From Squalus acanthias (Eukaryota): a DNA stretch of 64,000 nucleotides. Each line of letters begins with the position of its first letter. Position 1 is the first letter of the stretch. The stretch is taken from assembly GCA_030390025.1 (NCBI GenBank), contig JASTWF010000327.1, forward strand, positions 124,001-188,000, in the 5' to 3' direction. The position numbers and the translations under genes were made by a program. The notes below the pieces were generated by a model. The model did no database searches. It saw nothing but the letters and a program-made list of their open reading frames with translations, and was not told where the DNA came from. This document shows positions 61,301 through 64,000 of this stretch, one piece after another.

Positions 61301-63130
61301 AAGGAAAATCCCAAGGTGTTTTATAAGTATATTAAGGGCAAGAGGATAACCAGGGAAAGAGTAGGGCTCATTAGGGACCAAAGTGGCAATCTGTGTGTAG
61401 AGCCGGAAGATGTAGGTGAGGTTTTAAATGAATATTTTGCATCTATGTTCACTATGGAGAAGGACGATGTAGGCATAGAAATCAGGCAGGGGGATTGTGA
61501 TATACTTGAACAAATTAGTATTGAGAGGGAGGAGGTACTAGCGGCTTTAGTGGGCTTAAAAGTGGATAAATCCCCAGGCCCAGACGAGATGTATCCCAGG
61601 CTGCTGTGTGAGGCAAGGGAGGAGATTGCAGGGGCTCTGACACAAATTTTCAGAACCTCTCTGGCCACAGGGAAAGTGCCAGAGGACTGGAGGACAGCTA
61701 ATGTAGTACCATTATTCAAGAAGGATAGTAGGGATAAACCAGGGAATTACAGGCCAGTGAGCCTAACATCAGTGGTAGGGAAATTATTGGAAAAAATTCT
61801 GAGGGACAGAATTAGTCTCCACTTGGAGAGGCAAGGATTAATCAAGGATAGTCAGCATGGCTTTGTCAGGGGGAGATCATGTCTGACCAATTTGATTGAA
61901 TTTTTCGAGGGGGTGACTAGGTGTGTGGATGAGGGTAGTGCAGTTGATGTGGTCTACATGGACTTCAGCAAGGCTTTTGACAAAGTCCCGCATGGGAGAC
62001 TGGTCAAGAAGGTAAGAGCCCATGGGATCCAGGGCAATTTGGCACATTGGATACAAAATTGGCTTAGTGGCAGGAGGCAGAGGGTGATGGTCGAAGATTG
62101 TTTTTGTGACTGGAAGCCTGTGTCCAGTGGTGTACTGCAGGGATCGGTGCTGGGTCCTTTGCTGTTTGTAGTGTACATTAATGATTTAGATATGAATGTA
62201 GGAGGTATGATCAGTAAGTTCGCAGATGACTGAAAATTGGTGGGGTGGTAAATAGCGAGGAGGGAATCCTCAGGCTACAGGACGATATAGACGGGTTGGT
62301 CAGATGGGCAGAACAGTGGCAAATGGAATTTAACCCTGAAAAGTGTGAGGTGATGCATTTTGGGAGGACTAACAAGGCAAGGGAATACACAATGAATGGT
62401 AGGACCCTAGGAAGGACAGAGGATCAGAGGGACCTTGGTGTGCATGTACATAGATCCCTGAAGGCAGCAGGACAGATAGATAAGGTGGTTAAAAAGGCAT
62501 ATGGGATACTTGCCTTCATTAGCCGAGGCATAGAATATAAGAGCAGGGAGGTTATGATGGAGCTGTACAAAATGCTAGTTAGGTCACAGCTGGAATACTG
62601 TGTGCAGTTCTGGTCGCCACACTACAGGAAGGATGTGATTGCACTGGAGAGGGTGCAGAGGAGATTCACCAGGATGTTACCTGGGCTGCAGCGCTTCAGC
62701 TATGAAGAGAGACTGGATAGGCTGGGGTTGTTTTCCTTAGAGCAGAGAAGGCTGAGGGGGGACCTGATTGAGGTGTACAAAATTATGAGGGGCATAGATA
62801 GGGTAGATAGAAAGGAACTTTTCCCCTTAGTAGAGGGGTCAATAACCAGGGGGCATAGTTTCAAGGTAAGGGGCAGGAGGTTTAGAGGGGATTTGAGGAA
62901 AAACCTTTTCACCCAGACGGTGGTTGGAATCTGGAACTCACTGCCTGAAAGGGTGGTAGAGGCAGGAACCCTCACAACATTCAAGAAGCATTTAGATGAG
63001 CACTTGAAACGCCATAGCATACAAGGCTATGGACCAAGTGCTGGAAAATGGGATTAGAATAGACAGGGCTTGATGGCCGGCACGTACACGATGGGCCGAA
63101 GGGCCTCTTTCAGTGCTGTATAACTCTATG
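58349..63130 (+). mobile_element. Near-full-length CR1 LINE: 5' UTR, ORF1 (Cys-rich zinc finger, leucine zipper, SGNH esterase) and ORF2 (APE and RT), with several stops and frameshifts
   Basis: ORF1 CSSC...CRKC, GDSIVRG, HIGTND and DGLHLN; ORF2 from ~60250 to 63057; CR1 3' end. Confidence 0.94.
58725..58930 (-). mobile_element. CR1 3' end fragment nested in the 5' UTR of the long CR1
   Basis: CATAGAAACATAGAAACATAG tail; similar to 43497-43670. Confidence 0.85.
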
Positions 63131-64000
63131 GGGGAAAAATTAGGTTGCGCCCCATTTGGGGCGCAAATATCGTCTGGACGCAAATATTAGCGCCTGGCGC
63201 TAATTATCGGCACTGACTGGAAACTTCACTTTTACCGCCCCGGGAGGTGAGTGGAGCGCTAAATCAGGCGCTGCACACCTGTCTTAAGGCGCAAAGGCCA
63301 AGGAGTGAGGCGCTAACTCAGAGCGCTGGCGAAGCTCATGTAATGTCAGTCAGCAATGGAACACACACACAATGGCACGGGCCAGTTCTTAAAGGGGATG
63401 GTTAATCTTGCTTTCCATCCACATCCTGTTCATTGCAGCCTTGAATCTCGGCCTGGAGAGACTTGCACATCAAATGTGCTGGAAAGAACAATGGAGAGTA
63501 CCAGGCAAAGAGCTCAGAGTGCAGCTCCCACAGTCTCTGCTAAATCGATACAAGGAATGGCAAATCAAAATGAACCTGCAAAGTGCTGCTCAGTACCCAA
63601 AACTCCTTCACACAACGTTGAATCTCTCCAGAAGTCTCTCCCTCTCTCTCTCAGAATGCGTAGTTCAAAAATGCCACCAACAATAAAAGACAGGAAGAGG
63701 CCCCCTTTAAATAGCGCCACCCCCAGCCCCACAGCGATTGATAGCGTTCCAGTCTTCTGGTCGTTGGATGCGCCAGGCGGTAAGGCAGGGGGCGCCACTC
63801 AATTTCCGCTCCGGGGCGCCACAAGGGCGTTGCACCATGGAATGACGTCACAATCTGCGCGCGCAGGTGGTCGCAGCGGTAAAGTTTAGCGCCGCCGCAC
63901 AATCTCTAGTTAAGTTCCCGAGCGGCGCAAACATCGCTGCGCCCGGGCGTTAGCGGCTTTGCGCCCCATTAGCGCCCTCTTAAGGCGCTAACGGGAGGCG
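63131..64000. mobile_element. GC-rich putative non-autonomous DNA transposon (MITE-like), cut by the window end
   Basis: Abrupt start GGGGGAAAATT; many GGCGCTA/TAGCGCC motifs; symmetric pairs TTTACCGC/GCGGTAAA and TTAAAGGGG/CCCCTTTAA around an AT-richer centre. Confidence 0.5.

Overview
Vertebrate genomic DNA, most likely a cartilaginous fish (inferred from a Deu-domain SacSINE1-like SINE, abundant CR1 LINEs and KRAB-less C2H2 zinc-finger genes; not verified). The window is a C2H2 zinc-finger (ZNF) gene cluster with one remnant (ZNF-A, ~450-550), one frameshifted minus-strand copy (ZNF-B, 4455-5920), two plus-strand copies lacking a suitable ATG and sharing in-frame TGA stops (ZNF-C 15415-16453, ZNF-D 40080-40975), and one apparently intact 16-finger gene (ZNF-E, 51535-52908). 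Each of B-E has an upstream CpG-island promoter, and all five share a conserved 3' UTR. The genes sit among many CR1-group and L2 LINE fragments, one near-full-length but disrupted CR1 (58349-63130), two SINEs, a hAT end, a probable MITE, and three large G-rich minisatellites (46, 54 and 78 bp units; about 19.7 kb in total). The most interesting signals are: a ~97%-conserved 'dead finger' leader with two shared TGA codons followed by an ACG in Kozak-like context that opens equal-length 224-aa, 8-finger ORFs in ZNF-C and ZNF-D; a UGA-CUG terminal stop with a frame-preserved extension and a conserved 3' UTR hairpin; a 15-19 nt complementarity between the 78-bp satellite and that UTR; and a 54-bp array that ends in an inverted copy of its own unit. 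All alignments were done by eye and coordinates of repeat fragments are approximate.
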